A stretch of 64,000 bases of DNA from Roseibacillus sp. (GTDB lineage: Bacteria > Verrucomicrobiota > Verrucomicrobiia > Verrucomicrobiales > Akkermansiaceae). The number at the start of each line of letters is the position of its first letter. Within the stretch, counting starts at the first letter, position 1. Location: NCBI GenBank assembly GCA_051251855.1, contig JBPOGI010000001.1, positions 512,001-576,000 on the forward strand, read 5' to 3'. The notes below the pieces were generated by a model that was not told the DNA's origin, searched no databases, and saw only the letters and a list, made by a program, of their open reading frames with translations. Shown in pieces: positions 18,366-27,628 of this stretch. The position numbers and the translations under genes were made by a program.

Positions 18366-20987
18366 ATGAAGACATTCGAAAAGCTTTTGCCACTTAAGCC
18401 CGCAGCGGGATACGTTCTCTCTTGTCTAGGCACCTCATTCAGTTTTGGAGAGGTAGCCAACCCGCAGGCTCATCCATATGCAGAGGCAGGAGGGCATCGT
18501 GAGAGCTACGAGCACGCCGATGCCAAGGTGAACGAAGCGCGAGTCTACGGCTTCTATCAACGGCAGGCAGACTACTATTTGGCGATGCCGCCCGAGGAAC
18601 GTCCGACTCTTCTTCCTGCATTTCCGGGGTTAGATGGAGGGCTGCATGGTCATTGGGGGAAATACAATCAAAACCAACATCGCGATGGTCGCTGGAATCA
18701 GGCGGAGATGGGGTCCATGCATTCTCATGTCACGCGGGGGAATCCCAAGGAGTTGGAAGTGGTGCTGAAGGGGGTGAATGTGAAGCTCGGCGATGGGGTG
18801 GCGGCTTGTTTCGATCCGGACTCGCTCAATTATCGGGCCATTTGGGATGGGTGGATCAAGTTCGATTCTTTCCGCTGGGGTACGTCACGAAATGCGAAGG
18901 TCTCTGGGAAGATGCGGTTCTTCCAAACGAAGCCCATTGAGATTCCCGAGAGTCGCTATCTGGGGCTCTACCGCCATGGCGAGCGGGTGGTTTTTCACTA
19001 TCGTATTGGGGATGTTGAGATTCTCGATAGCCCGAGTCTGCGTGATGGCGAGTTTGTTCGGACGGTGGAGGTCGTGAGTAAAGGCGGAAGAGAGTCGCTC
19101 CCAGAGCTTCCTGGGCCAGCGGTTGAGTATGGAACGCTCAGTCAGTTTACAAAAGGAGGTCAGTCTGCTTGGCCTGAGACGGTGACGACACAGACTCTCA
19201 TGGGAAAGGCAAAGGAGGGGGCCTCCTATGTGGTCGATACCTTGGAGGTTCCTTATGAGAATCCCTACCGGTCGGTGATGCAGCTCTCGGGGATTGCCTT
19301 CGGTCCGGATGAGACCATTTATGTGTCTACGGTAATTGGGGAGATTTGGTCGGTAAAGGAGTCACCCAAACAATCCGGTGAACTTACTTGGAAGCGGTTT
19401 GCCTCGGGGCTCAATTCTCCGATGGGATTGCACGCTGACGAGGATGGACTCTTCGCTCTCGACCGAGGACAGATTTACCGTTTTCACGATTTGAATGACA
19501 ATGGCGAGGCCGATTACTATGAGAGTTATGCTAACGATTTTGGGGGATTCGATAAGAGCCATACTCACACCTTCGGTTTGCATCGCACGGCGGACGGCTC
19601 GTTTCACTTTACGCAAAAGGAGTTGATCATGCGGACCTCGCCCGAGGGCGTGACGAGTGAGGTGGGCTACGGGATGCGCAATGCAATGGGGATTGGGGGC
19701 TCGGCTGACTTTTTCTGGATTGGTCCGCAGGAGGGGACTTGGACTCCTGCCTCTACCATTGTTGAGGTGGAGGAAGGACGTCATTATGGCGTGCCTCATG
19801 GCAGTGACCCTCAGCCGATTTCTGCACCGCTCTGTTTTATCCCGCGTGGCATTGATAATTCGGTGGGTGGGTTTGTTGAAATTACTTCTGATCGCTGGGG
19901 GCCGTTTGAGGGCTCTCATGTCGGGCTGAGCTTTGGGGCTTGCTCGCACTACTTGGTCTTGCGCGATGCTCAGGGTCCTAAGCCTCAGGCTGCGACGGTT
20001 CCGTTGGAAGGGGAGTTTTTGGCAGGGGTCATTCGAGGAGCGTTCCGCGAGAGTGACGGCCAACTTTATGTGGTAGGTCTTGATGGCTGGGGGGACTATT
20101 CTCAGCAGGATGGTTGTTTGCAGCGTGTTCGTTACTTGGATGCAGTGGTTCGCAAGCCTTCTAGTTTTCAGGTTTTTGAGAATGGACTCCAAGTGGATTT
20201 CCCGATGGCCTTGGATCGAGAGGCAGTGGCGGAGGTCTCGAACTATCTGGCGCAGACTTGGGAGTATGTTTATTCCAAGGGGTATGGCTCGCCTGAGTTT
20301 TCAGCGAAATCTGACGAAGTGGGTCACGACCTGCTCTCGATTACTTCGGTTCATGCTTTGGAAGATGGGCGTTCGATTTTTGTGGAGATTCCGGAATTGA
20401 ATCCAACCATGGTGCTCTATCTTCGGATGCATTTGAAGGATGCTCAAGGAGTGTCCTTTGCGACTGATCTCTTTGCATCGCCGATGTATCCTCAGCCCTA
20501 TTTCGCTTTCGAGGGTGCTCAGCCACGGGTGGAAGGAAAGCCCCGTGAGGTCGCTCTACGGGTGAAGAATTCCCCAGCGAATGCGCCCAAGAGTGGAGGA
20601 AAGAAGCTCAAGGGAGCCAAGGAACTGGTGGTGAATGCGGTGAGCGGTCTCAAGTATGAGCAGACCTTGTTAGAGGTGAAGCCGAGGCAACCGCTCTCGC
20701 TCACGTTCTTGAATCAAGATGTGATGCCTCACAACTTGGTGATTTTGGCTCCGGGTGCGACGGAGAAGGTGGGCATGGCCTCTTTCAAAATGCTCAACGA
20801 TCCCAAGGCTGCGGACAAGAACTACGCTCCGGATCTGCCGGAGGTGCTACACGTGATTCCCGTTATCAATCCTGAAGAAGATTACGTTTTAAATTTCCGA
20901 GCTCCTCGCAAGAAGGGCGACTACCCCTATATCTGCACCTTTCCGGGGCACTGGCAGGCGATGCAGGGAATCCTGCGGGTGCGGTAG
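18366..20987 (+). CDS. DUF6797-like / sugar-dehydrogenase-type beta-propeller protein fused to a C-terminal azurin/auracyanin-like cupredoxin
   Basis: Propeller motifs (WKRFASGL..PMG, DLNDNGEADYYE, GMRNAMG, QEGTWTP); type-1 Cu ligands MPHNLV...YICTFPGHWQAM. Confidence 0.75.
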   Translation: MKTFEKLLPLKPAAGYVLSCLGTSFSFGEVANPQAHPYAEAGGHRESYEHADAKVNEARVYGFYQRQADYYLAMPPEERPTLLPAFPGLDGGLHGHWGKYNQNQHRDGRWNQAEMGSMHSHVTRGNPKELEVVLKGVNVKLGDGVAACFDPDSLNYRAIWDGWIKFDSFRWGTSRNAKVSGKMRFFQTKPIEIPESRYLGLYRHGERVVFHYRIGDVEILDSPSLRDGEFVRTVEVVSKGGRESLPELPGPAVEYGTLSQFTKGGQSAWPETVTTQTLMGKAKEGASYVVDTLEVPYENPYRSVMQLSGIAFGPDETIYVSTVIGEIWSVKESPKQSGELTWKRFASGLNSPMGLHADEDGLFALDRGQIYRFHDLNDNGEADYYESYANDFGGFDKSHTHTFGLHRTADGSFHFTQKELIMRTSPEGVTSEVGYGMRNAMGIGGSADFFWIGPQEGTWTPASTIVEVEEGRHYGVPHGSDPQPISAPLCFIPRGIDNSVGGFVEITSDRWGPFEGSHVGLSFGACSHYLVLRDAQGPKPQAATVPLEGEFLAGVIRGAFRESDGQLYVVGLDGWGDYSQQDGCLQRVRYLDAVVRKPSSFQVFENGLQVDFPMALDREAVAEVSNYLAQTWEYVYSKGYGSPEFSAKSDEVGHDLLSITSVHALEDGRSIFVEIPELNPTMVLYLRMHLKDAQGVSFATDLFASPMYPQPYFAFEGAQPRVEGKPREVALRVKNSPANAPKSGGKKLKGAKELVVNAVSGLKYEQTLLEVKPRQPLSLTFLNQDVMPHNLVILAPGATEKVGMASFKMLNDPKAADKNYAPDLPEVLHVIPVINPEEDYVLNFRAPRKKGDYPYICTFPGHWQAMQGILRVR

Positions 20988-21054
20988 CAGGATTAAGAAC
21001 GTGACCAACCCTTGCTCGAACTCTTAGATGAATTTAGAAATTAGAAACCCCAAG

Positions 21055-22911
21055 ATGAAAAACTATTCCTGTATTGTATTTGGAACGGCTTTGCTGGCCG
21101 CCAACCTATTCGCGGCCCCTGTGGTCGTTGAGTCTCCGGATGGAAAGATTTCGGCTTCGTTCGAGGTGGATGAAGGCACGCTTTTCTATTCGATTTCGAA
21201 GGGGAAGACTCCGATTGTGGGTTCTTCGAAAGTGGAACTCTTTGCAGGCAAGAAGATGACCCTCGGTGAGGAATCGAGGAGTGAAAATGATTCCACTTGG
21301 AAGCCAGTCTGGGGGCAGTTTAGCGAGATTCGTGATCATCATCGTGAGCTGACTCTTTCGATGAAAGCTGGCGAGATACCTGTGAAGTTGGTTTGCCGTG
21401 CCTTTGATGAGGGCGTGGGGTTCCGGTTTGTGTTGTCGGACGAGTCGAAGGGCCAGAAGATGACTTTTTCCAGCGAATACAAGGTGCTCGATGGTGAGGC
21501 TCATTACGCGGGACAGCGCGGTGGAAAAGCTTCTCCGAAAGGCAAGGGGGGAGTTCCCTTGGTGACTGAGCGCAAAGAGGGGCTCCATGTGGCCCTGATT
21601 GAGTCCGACTTATACTCTGCGGCAGGGTTTGAGTCGATGAGTGTTCAAGGTGTGAAGGGTGGGGGGACGTTTCGGGCAACTACGCCGAAGCCAGCGGCCT
21701 CTATCGGGGAAGGGCAGGTGACGCCTTGGCGGACGATCTTGATTGGTGATAATGCGGGGGACCTGGTCGTGAATACGGTTTCGTTGAACCTAGCCGCGCC
21801 CTGTCAATTGGAAGACACGAGTTGGATTAAGCCTGGTAAGGGGCTGTGGGACTGGCGTGTTCATGGTTACGACAACGGTGATTTTGTCTATGGTATCGAT
21901 ACTCGCAGTTACCTCCGCTATATTGATTTTTGCGCGGAGCAGGGATTGGAATATTTCACGGTGGATGACCATTGGTTCCTATCTGCTGGGGAGGGAAAGA
22001 TGGAGGTTTCCCCCAAGGTTGATATTGAGAAGGTGATGAGCTACGCCAAAGAAAAGGGTGTGATGATTATGCTCTACTACGATCGCAAGAAGGGGAATTT
22101 TGGAGATGAGACCCTCTTTAGCAACTACGCGGGACGGGGCGCGACAGGGATGAAGTATGGCTTCATGGGCAATAAGGGCGGCTTCACGAGAGATGCCATG
22201 AATGCTGCCGCTGAAAACAAAATTCTGATCAACTTCCACGATGGCCCCGTGCCGATGTCAGGAGTAGAGCGAACTTTGCCTCACCTCATTACCCGGGAGT
22301 ATTGCCATGGTCAGCAAGACAGTCGCAGTGCCTTCACGCCGGAGACATTCCTCAAGATGGCTATGGTGAGCTCTTTGTCGGGTCCGTTAGATATGTCGAA
22401 TGGCAATTTTGGAATCAAGAGTATCAATGCGGGCGAGCGTGAGAAGGGTCCGAGAAAGAAGAATAGCTATATCTCCACGGTGGTCAGTGAGGTGGCGCGT
22501 AATCTGGTGATTTACACAGGGCTCGTGACTTTGCCGGATGCACCAGAAGAGTATCGTAAGAAGCTCGACTTGTTCGAATTTCTAAAAGTGATGCCTTCGA
22601 CTTGGGATGACTCTCAAGTTCTCAATTCCAAGATTGGGGAGTATATCACCACTGCTCGCCGTAGCGGCGATGACTGGTTCGTGGCTTCGGTCAATGATCA
22701 GACAGAGCGGGCGCTAGATGTTTCTCTCGATTTTATCGAGAGGGGCAAGAGCTACCAAGCTACCCTCTTTCAAGATGCTCCTAATTCCCATGGGGTGAAG
22801 AATCCCGAGGTCTACGAGATTGAAACGAAAACCGTGAAGTATGGCGATGTGATCTCTGCGAAAATGGCAGTGGGCGGCGGACATGCCATGATTTTGCGTC
22901 CGGTAAAATAA
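21055..22911 (+). CDS. Glycoside hydrolase family 97 (divergent catalytic region)
   Basis: VESPDGKI N-terminus, WKPVWG, RAFDEGVGFRF, TPWRTI, DTSWIKPGK, YIDF, GPLD, P.TWDD, GEYITTARRSGDDWFV, GGGHAMILRP. Confidence 0.9.
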   Translation: MKNYSCIVFGTALLAANLFAAPVVVESPDGKISASFEVDEGTLFYSISKGKTPIVGSSKVELFAGKKMTLGEESRSENDSTWKPVWGQFSEIRDHHRELTLSMKAGEIPVKLVCRAFDEGVGFRFVLSDESKGQKMTFSSEYKVLDGEAHYAGQRGGKASPKGKGGVPLVTERKEGLHVALIESDLYSAAGFESMSVQGVKGGGTFRATTPKPAASIGEGQVTPWRTILIGDNAGDLVVNTVSLNLAAPCQLEDTSWIKPGKGLWDWRVHGYDNGDFVYGIDTRSYLRYIDFCAEQGLEYFTVDDHWFLSAGEGKMEVSPKVDIEKVMSYAKEKGVMIMLYYDRKKGNFGDETLFSNYAGRGATGMKYGFMGNKGGFTRDAMNAAAENKILINFHDGPVPMSGVERTLPHLITREYCHGQQDSRSAFTPETFLKMAMVSSLSGPLDMSNGNFGIKSINAGEREKGPRKKNSYISTVVSEVARNLVIYTGLVTLPDAPEEYRKKLDLFEFLKVMPSTWDDSQVLNSKIGEYITTARRSGDDWFVASVNDQTERALDVSLDFIERGKSYQATLFQDAPNSHGVKNPEVYEIETKTVKYGDVISAKMAVGGGHAMILRPVK

Positions 22912-22927
22912 TCTAATAGAAGGTCTT

Positions 22928-23581
22928 TTAAAGAAGGCCCTTCCGGTAGCCTTTGGCTACGGCTGCAGGTGCGTTTTGGACCTGAAGCTTTTGATAGATG
23001 TGCTTAATGTGATAGGCGACCGTGGTAACTCCGATGTTGAGGTGGTTGGCTATTTCTTTTTTGACCATTCCTTCTCCTAGGAGAGAGAGAATTTCGAGTT
23101 CACGACCGGAGAGGGCCTTCTCGAGTTGGTTCTCGGTGGGACGTGTTCTCAGTTTGTTAAGAATGAATTGGGCGACACTGGGGTCGAGGGAGGCGCCGCC
23201 CTTAAACACAATCTTGATGGCGTCTTTGATTTGTTGGGCAGTGGCTGACTTGAGGAGGTAGCCCGAAGCGCCTAGGGATATGGCGGTGAGGACATCGCTT
23301 TCCTTGTCTGACTGGGTGAGGACAATGATCTTGGACTTGGCTGAATATTGTTTGAACCAGGGAATGGCTTCGAGACCAGACACTCCGGGAAGATTGAGGT
23401 CGAGGAGAAGGACGTCAGGGGCCTCGTTCTCAGTAAGCTTCTCAATCTCTCGGAGTGCGATTTCTGCTGTGCCGAATTGGTCGATTAGCTTGAGTTCAGA
23501 AGTGCTTCCGAGGGTACGGGTGATGACCTCCCGGTATCCGGCGTGATCTTCGATAAGCATGACTTTAATGGTTGCGGGCAT
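22928..23581 (-). CDS. NarL/LuxR-family DNA-binding response regulator
   Basis: LIEDH, LLDLNLPG (phospho-Asp), GASGYLLK; HTH LSGRELEIL...KKEIA..L...TV..HIKHIYQKL. Confidence 0.95.
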   Translation of the reverse strand: MPATIKVMLIEDHAGYREVITRTLGSTSELKLIDQFGTAEIALREIEKLTENEAPDVLLLDLNLPGVSGLEAIPWFKQYSAKSKIIVLTQSDKESDVLTAISLGASGYLLKSATAQQIKDAIKIVFKGGASLDPSVAQFILNKLRTRPTENQLEKALSGRELEILSLLGEGMVKKEIANHLNIGVTTVAYHIKHIYQKLQVQNAPAAVAKGYRKGLL

Positions 23582-23613
23582 GGTTTTGCTGGGTTGTTCG
23601 AAGCTCACTGGGT

Positions 23614-25575
23614 TTATCCAAATAGAGGACGTTTCGATCTCTTGAGATGGAGCTTAATGCAGGTTCCGCCTTCCGTCGAGTTTTCGGCAGTGACTTGACC
23701 TCGAATGAGGCGAGCACGGCGCTTAAGGGATGGAGGGACTTCACCAGCGATTCCGTGTCCGTTGTCGCTAATGATTAAGGAGAGTTCTTCCAGATTGGCT
23801 TGGAGATGAGTGGTGACGTGGGTGGCTTGAGAGTGGCGAAGAATGTTTACGAGGCATTCCTTGTAGAATAGGAAAATGTCGATGCGCCTCCTTGGTTTGA
23901 GGTTCGCGAGGTGTTCGCTGCCGTCGAAAGTGAGTTTGTGATCAATATCGGCAAGAAGGCTTTCGTTCGCTCGCTTCATTTCATCGACTAAGTCCTCGCA
24001 GAGGCCACGAGATTCGAGCACGTTAGCCCAGTTCCGAATCGCACGTCCACTGCGTTCGGTGAAGACGCGAGACCGTTCGAGTAGTTCCTGGAGCTCATCG
24101 GGTGACTGGGTATCCCTCGCTAGGTCCCCAAGGAGTCCGATAGTGTGAATGTTGGCTCCGAGTTCATCGTGAAGGTCGGCGGCGAAGCGTTCGCGCATTC
24201 GGGTGGCTTGTCGCAAGCGAAGGAACCGAGTGACGAGGATAGTGAACCCAATGGCGGCAGCCAGTATGGCCGCGACCCATGTCATGATGAAGAGGTTTCT
24301 TTTTTGGGCCTCATAGCGTCGCGCAAGTTCTGCCGCGACGACAGGGCGCTCCGACTCCAAGAGGTGGCGTTGGGAGAGTTGCTCAACCCAGGTACGAACC
24401 GGCAAAATTTTTCCGTAGAGGTTGCGGCCGTCGGTCAAGGCTTCGAGCGAGCGCAAACTGGAGGTGTCAGCGGGAGGCGCCTTCCACTCGGGGTGAACAG
24501 GCTTTCGGAAGGCGACGTTTTTGCCTTGAGAGAAGAGTTCGATTTCGGCAAAGCCAAAACGTGACTGCTCGTCTCGGTTGGGGCTTCGAATGCGGATATA
24601 CCGGCAGTTTGGTTGCTTCAGGGGCCACATCATCACGGGGCCTACGTCCGTGACTCGATCGAGGCGAGCCTCCACCATCAAAACCACATCAGAAAAGTCA
24701 GGAGCGAGGGCCCCTTCTATGATGAGACTTGGAGGGAGGCCTAAGCTGCCTGGGTAAGCTTGGGGAACGGTGTCGCTTTGGTCGACGGCATGGAGATGGA
24801 TAGCGGAGAGGGGGAATGGTTCGCCCAAGTCAAGGGTGAGGGCAGGATGTCTACTGACAGAGCTGATGTAGGCCACACTCGGATCTCCTTGAGCTGCGTC
24901 CATGAGATAGGGCAGGTGGCCATCGACAAGAAATCGTTTGTTCCAAGCTCGGCTCAGGTCCGGAGGATGGACCGAGGAGACTGTCACGGGGCGTCGAAGA
25001 GCAATGTTTCGCTTCCCGCTAAAGACCATCAGTTCCGAGAGCTGAAAGATAAATTTCTGGTCAAAAGCTCGGCGGGACAAGTGGGTGGCTTCGATCCGAA
25101 TCCAGGAGGCGGCCTGCTGGTTGGCGATGATGGTGAGAGGGGCAATGCGAGGGAGGAGTCGGTCGCTATCCTGATACTCCGTGATGACGGAGCCATCACG
25201 ATCCTCATCGGTGCCGGCAAGAACGCGAAACCCGAGTGGAAAGCCGTCGGAGAGGAAGCCTGCGTTCGAGTCCCGCCAGAGAGTGGGCACGAGAACGATT
25301 TCGTCGATGGGGTAGGCTTGGTCGAAAGTGACCTGCACCCACTCGTGAGAGCCGGGTTCACGATGTGAGATGGAGCGATACCCGATGGAACCGACTCCGC
25401 TTCGGAGGCTATAGCGTGCCAGTTTGGTCAGCTCGGCATCGATTTCGTCCAACCGCTTTTCGAGTGATTTCGAAGACCGTTTTTCTGAATCAGCCTCCAG
25501 CTCCACCCCTACGAGGGAGGCAGGGAAAAAGGCTAACAGCAAAAGAGCATGCCATCCATTCAGCACTCGAAGCAT
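23614..25575 (-). CDS. HisKA_3-type sensor histidine kinase with periplasmic discoidin/F5-8C-like domains
   Basis: Signal peptide; EWVQVTFDQAYPIDEIVLVP, NIALRRPVTVSS, LTLDLGEPFPLSAIHL; one TM; H-box RFAADLHDELG, N-box KECLVNILRHS, DNGHG. Confidence 0.9.
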   Translation of the reverse strand: MLRVLNGWHALLLLAFFPASLVGVELEADSEKRSSKSLEKRLDEIDAELTKLARYSLRSGVGSIGYRSISHREPGSHEWVQVTFDQAYPIDEIVLVPTLWRDSNAGFLSDGFPLGFRVLAGTDEDRDGSVITEYQDSDRLLPRIAPLTIIANQQAASWIRIEATHLSRRAFDQKFIFQLSELMVFSGKRNIALRRPVTVSSVHPPDLSRAWNKRFLVDGHLPYLMDAAQGDPSVAYISSVSRHPALTLDLGEPFPLSAIHLHAVDQSDTVPQAYPGSLGLPPSLIIEGALAPDFSDVVLMVEARLDRVTDVGPVMMWPLKQPNCRYIRIRSPNRDEQSRFGFAEIELFSQGKNVAFRKPVHPEWKAPPADTSSLRSLEALTDGRNLYGKILPVRTWVEQLSQRHLLESERPVVAAELARRYEAQKRNLFIMTWVAAILAAAIGFTILVTRFLRLRQATRMRERFAADLHDELGANIHTIGLLGDLARDTQSPDELQELLERSRVFTERSGRAIRNWANVLESRGLCEDLVDEMKRANESLLADIDHKLTFDGSEHLANLKPRRRIDIFLFYKECLVNILRHSQATHVTTHLQANLEELSLIISDNGHGIAGEVPPSLKRRARLIRGQVTAENSTEGGTCIKLHLKRSKRPLFG

Positions 25576-25968
25576 GCCTTGGTGTCTAACATAGACGAGC
25601 TAGCCTGTAGCTTACAAAATCACAGGTTCGCTGAATCCGTTTGCCGTCCCATTCAGTGGCGGGGAAAGTTGGAGGCAGGCCCTTCTTTTTTCTGACCTTT
25701 GCGTGAAGAAGAAAGGCGACCAGCTTTTTATAGTCTCCGGCGACGGAAGACCAAAAGTCTGCGCTGCCAAGGCCACAACTCACGGACTATGATACCAAGA
25801 CCTATAAGCTTCTAGGCATAGATGTCCGTGTCGGCCGCTTCAAACGTCGTGGTTTTCGTAAGCATTAATAGCTTGAGGGTGCGGCAGGCTCTTTCTTCAA
25901 AATTTTCAGGAAACCTCTAACGCTTGTGAATATACGACAAATCCAGAAAGTCTGGCCCGGCCCGCTCT

Positions 25969-26015
25969 TGCCCCCTAAACAGGGGGTTGTTAAGAATAAT
26001 TTGAGCAGCTAATTT
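25969..26015 (+). promoter_or_regulatory. 20-bp palindromic box (copy 1) overlapping a sigma70-like promoter of the PEP-CTERM gene
   Basis: TGCCCCCTAAACAGGGGGTT at 25969-25988; TTGTTA (25987-92), 17 nt, TAATTT (26010-15). Confidence 0.7.
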
Positions 26016-26077
26016 TGTCAAAGTTCAGTGGATTCTAAAGATTTCACCACTCAATAAATCCAAATACGAAAAATTAA

Positions 26078-26812
26078 ATGACCAAAGTTTTCACAACGTT
26101 AAGCGCAGGTGTACTGCTGGTAGGAACGTCCCATGCTGCCACGGTAAATCTTGATTTGCCTGCCGCTGGTAACTATTCCGCTACCGGAACCACCTCTACA
26201 ACCGAAACCATCAGTACTGCTGTCACAGCTTCGACAACAGTGACTATTGGCACCACCGGTTCTTTCGATATCCTTTACACCCTCGGTTCTATCGGTGGCG
26301 CAAATTCATTTGTTAATTCAACTGGAACTCAACTGGGAGTTGGATCTGACACGGATATTTCAAATCATTACAGTACTCTTGAGGCTAACGATAACGAGGG
26401 CATTTCGTTAGTGGGTCTCTCGGTTAACAATTTTGTCGCGGGCGACAGTGGATTTGTTGCCAGCGACATCACTGATCTGAGATTTACAGGTGCGTCATTT
26501 GGTAATGCTGGCAATGCTAGCGATGCCGTCCTTATTTCTTTCACAGACTTTGGAACTGCTACTGCCGCGCCCGTCCCCAATATCAACGATGGAGCTGCTG
26601 GAACTAAAGTTGTAGATTTAGCTGCATTGACTAATTACCCCGTTTCGCCAGCCCTCGCCACAGATCTGTATTTAGAGACCAGTGGCGCCAACTTCAGAAA
26701 TCGGTGGGACGTAAGGCAAATTCAAGTCGCCTATACTATTCCTGAGCCGAGCTCTTTCGCTCTACTTCTTGGTGGTCTTGGCACACTGGTGTTGCGCCGC
26801 CGCCGCGCCTAA
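26078..26812 (+). CDS. PEP-CTERM sorting domain surface protein (Thr/Ser/Gly-rich)
   Basis: Signal peptide ending SHA|A; C-terminus [24 protein letters not shown]. Confidence 0.95.
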   Translation: MTKVFTTLSAGVLLVGTSHAATVNLDLPAAGNYSATGTTSTTETISTAVTASTTVTIGTTGSFDILYTLGSIGGANSFVNSTGTQLGVGSDTDISNHYSTLEANDNEGISLVGLSVNNFVAGDSGFVASDITDLRFTGASFGNAGNASDAVLISFTDFGTATAAPVPNINDGAAGTKVVDLAALTNYPVSPALATDLYLETSGANFRNRWDVRQIQVAYTIPEPSSFALLLGGLGTLVLRRRRA

Positions 26813-26839
26813 GCAGAATTCTGTTTTCGAAATTTAATG

Positions 26840-26880
26840 CGTGGGACGCGGTCGGAGAGGCCGTTGTCCCACGTTTTTTT
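26840..26880 (+). terminator. Intrinsic terminator after the PEP-CTERM gene
   Basis: CGTGGGACGCGGTC-GGAGA-GGCCGTTGTCCCACG followed by T7. Confidence 0.85.
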
Positions 26881-27500
26881 CTGCCTGCCTAGATCATGCT
26901 TCAATATAGCTGAAATCTCCTTCCCTACTCGTGCGCGCGATCTTGAATTGCCTTTGTGTCACCACCCTCATCTCCGAGGAGGGGCGGAACCGATGAACGT
27001 AGATCGTGACAAGCACCTAGTGCCCGTTGGAGACGGGAAGGTTGGGCAAGATAAGCCAGGGAGTGCAACTCGATGCTCTCGCTGAACCGTGGCAGGTAGC
27101 TGCGTTTGGGGCGTAGTGGCTCACCCCCGACAAGTTTGGAGGAATCTGTGAAAGCTTTTTCAGAGCATGAGGCGTCGGTAAAGGAGAGTTGGGATGTACG
27201 GGAGGCTTCCGTTGCCATGGTGTTTTCCCATAGTCCTGCCATTTTCACCGAGAGCTTTTCTGAAGGCTCGATTCACGGAGATTTTCCAACGCTAATCGGT
27301 TCGCCGATTCTCTCCGTGTTGATTCACACGGACGAAGTCGAAACTGCAGCGGTGATCGTCGTGGGGACAAGTGTTCCTTGGGAAATGTTGGCGGTGGGGG
27401 ATTAGGAGTCATCTTCTTGGTTCGAGGCCTTCGAGGTCAATTTGTAGTTTTTAAGAAGGAGAACGACAGAGATTTGGGGGGATTGCCCTAATTTAGCCCC

Positions 27501-27547
27501 TACCGTCTAAACGGGGGGTGGACAGACTTTGAGAAACGGCTGAGACT
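27501..27547 (+). promoter_or_regulatory. 20-bp palindromic box (copy 2) overlapping a -35-like hexamer
   Basis: TACCGTCTAAACGGGGGGTG at 27501-27520; TGGACA (27519-24), 17 nt, GAGACT (weak -10). Confidence 0.6.
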
Positions 27548-27628
27548 GGTCTTTGGTCTCGATAGATTTGTAATTTTCTACTCTCTCAAAAGCACAGCAC
27601 CGCACGAGGCCACAATCCCCAAAAACCA

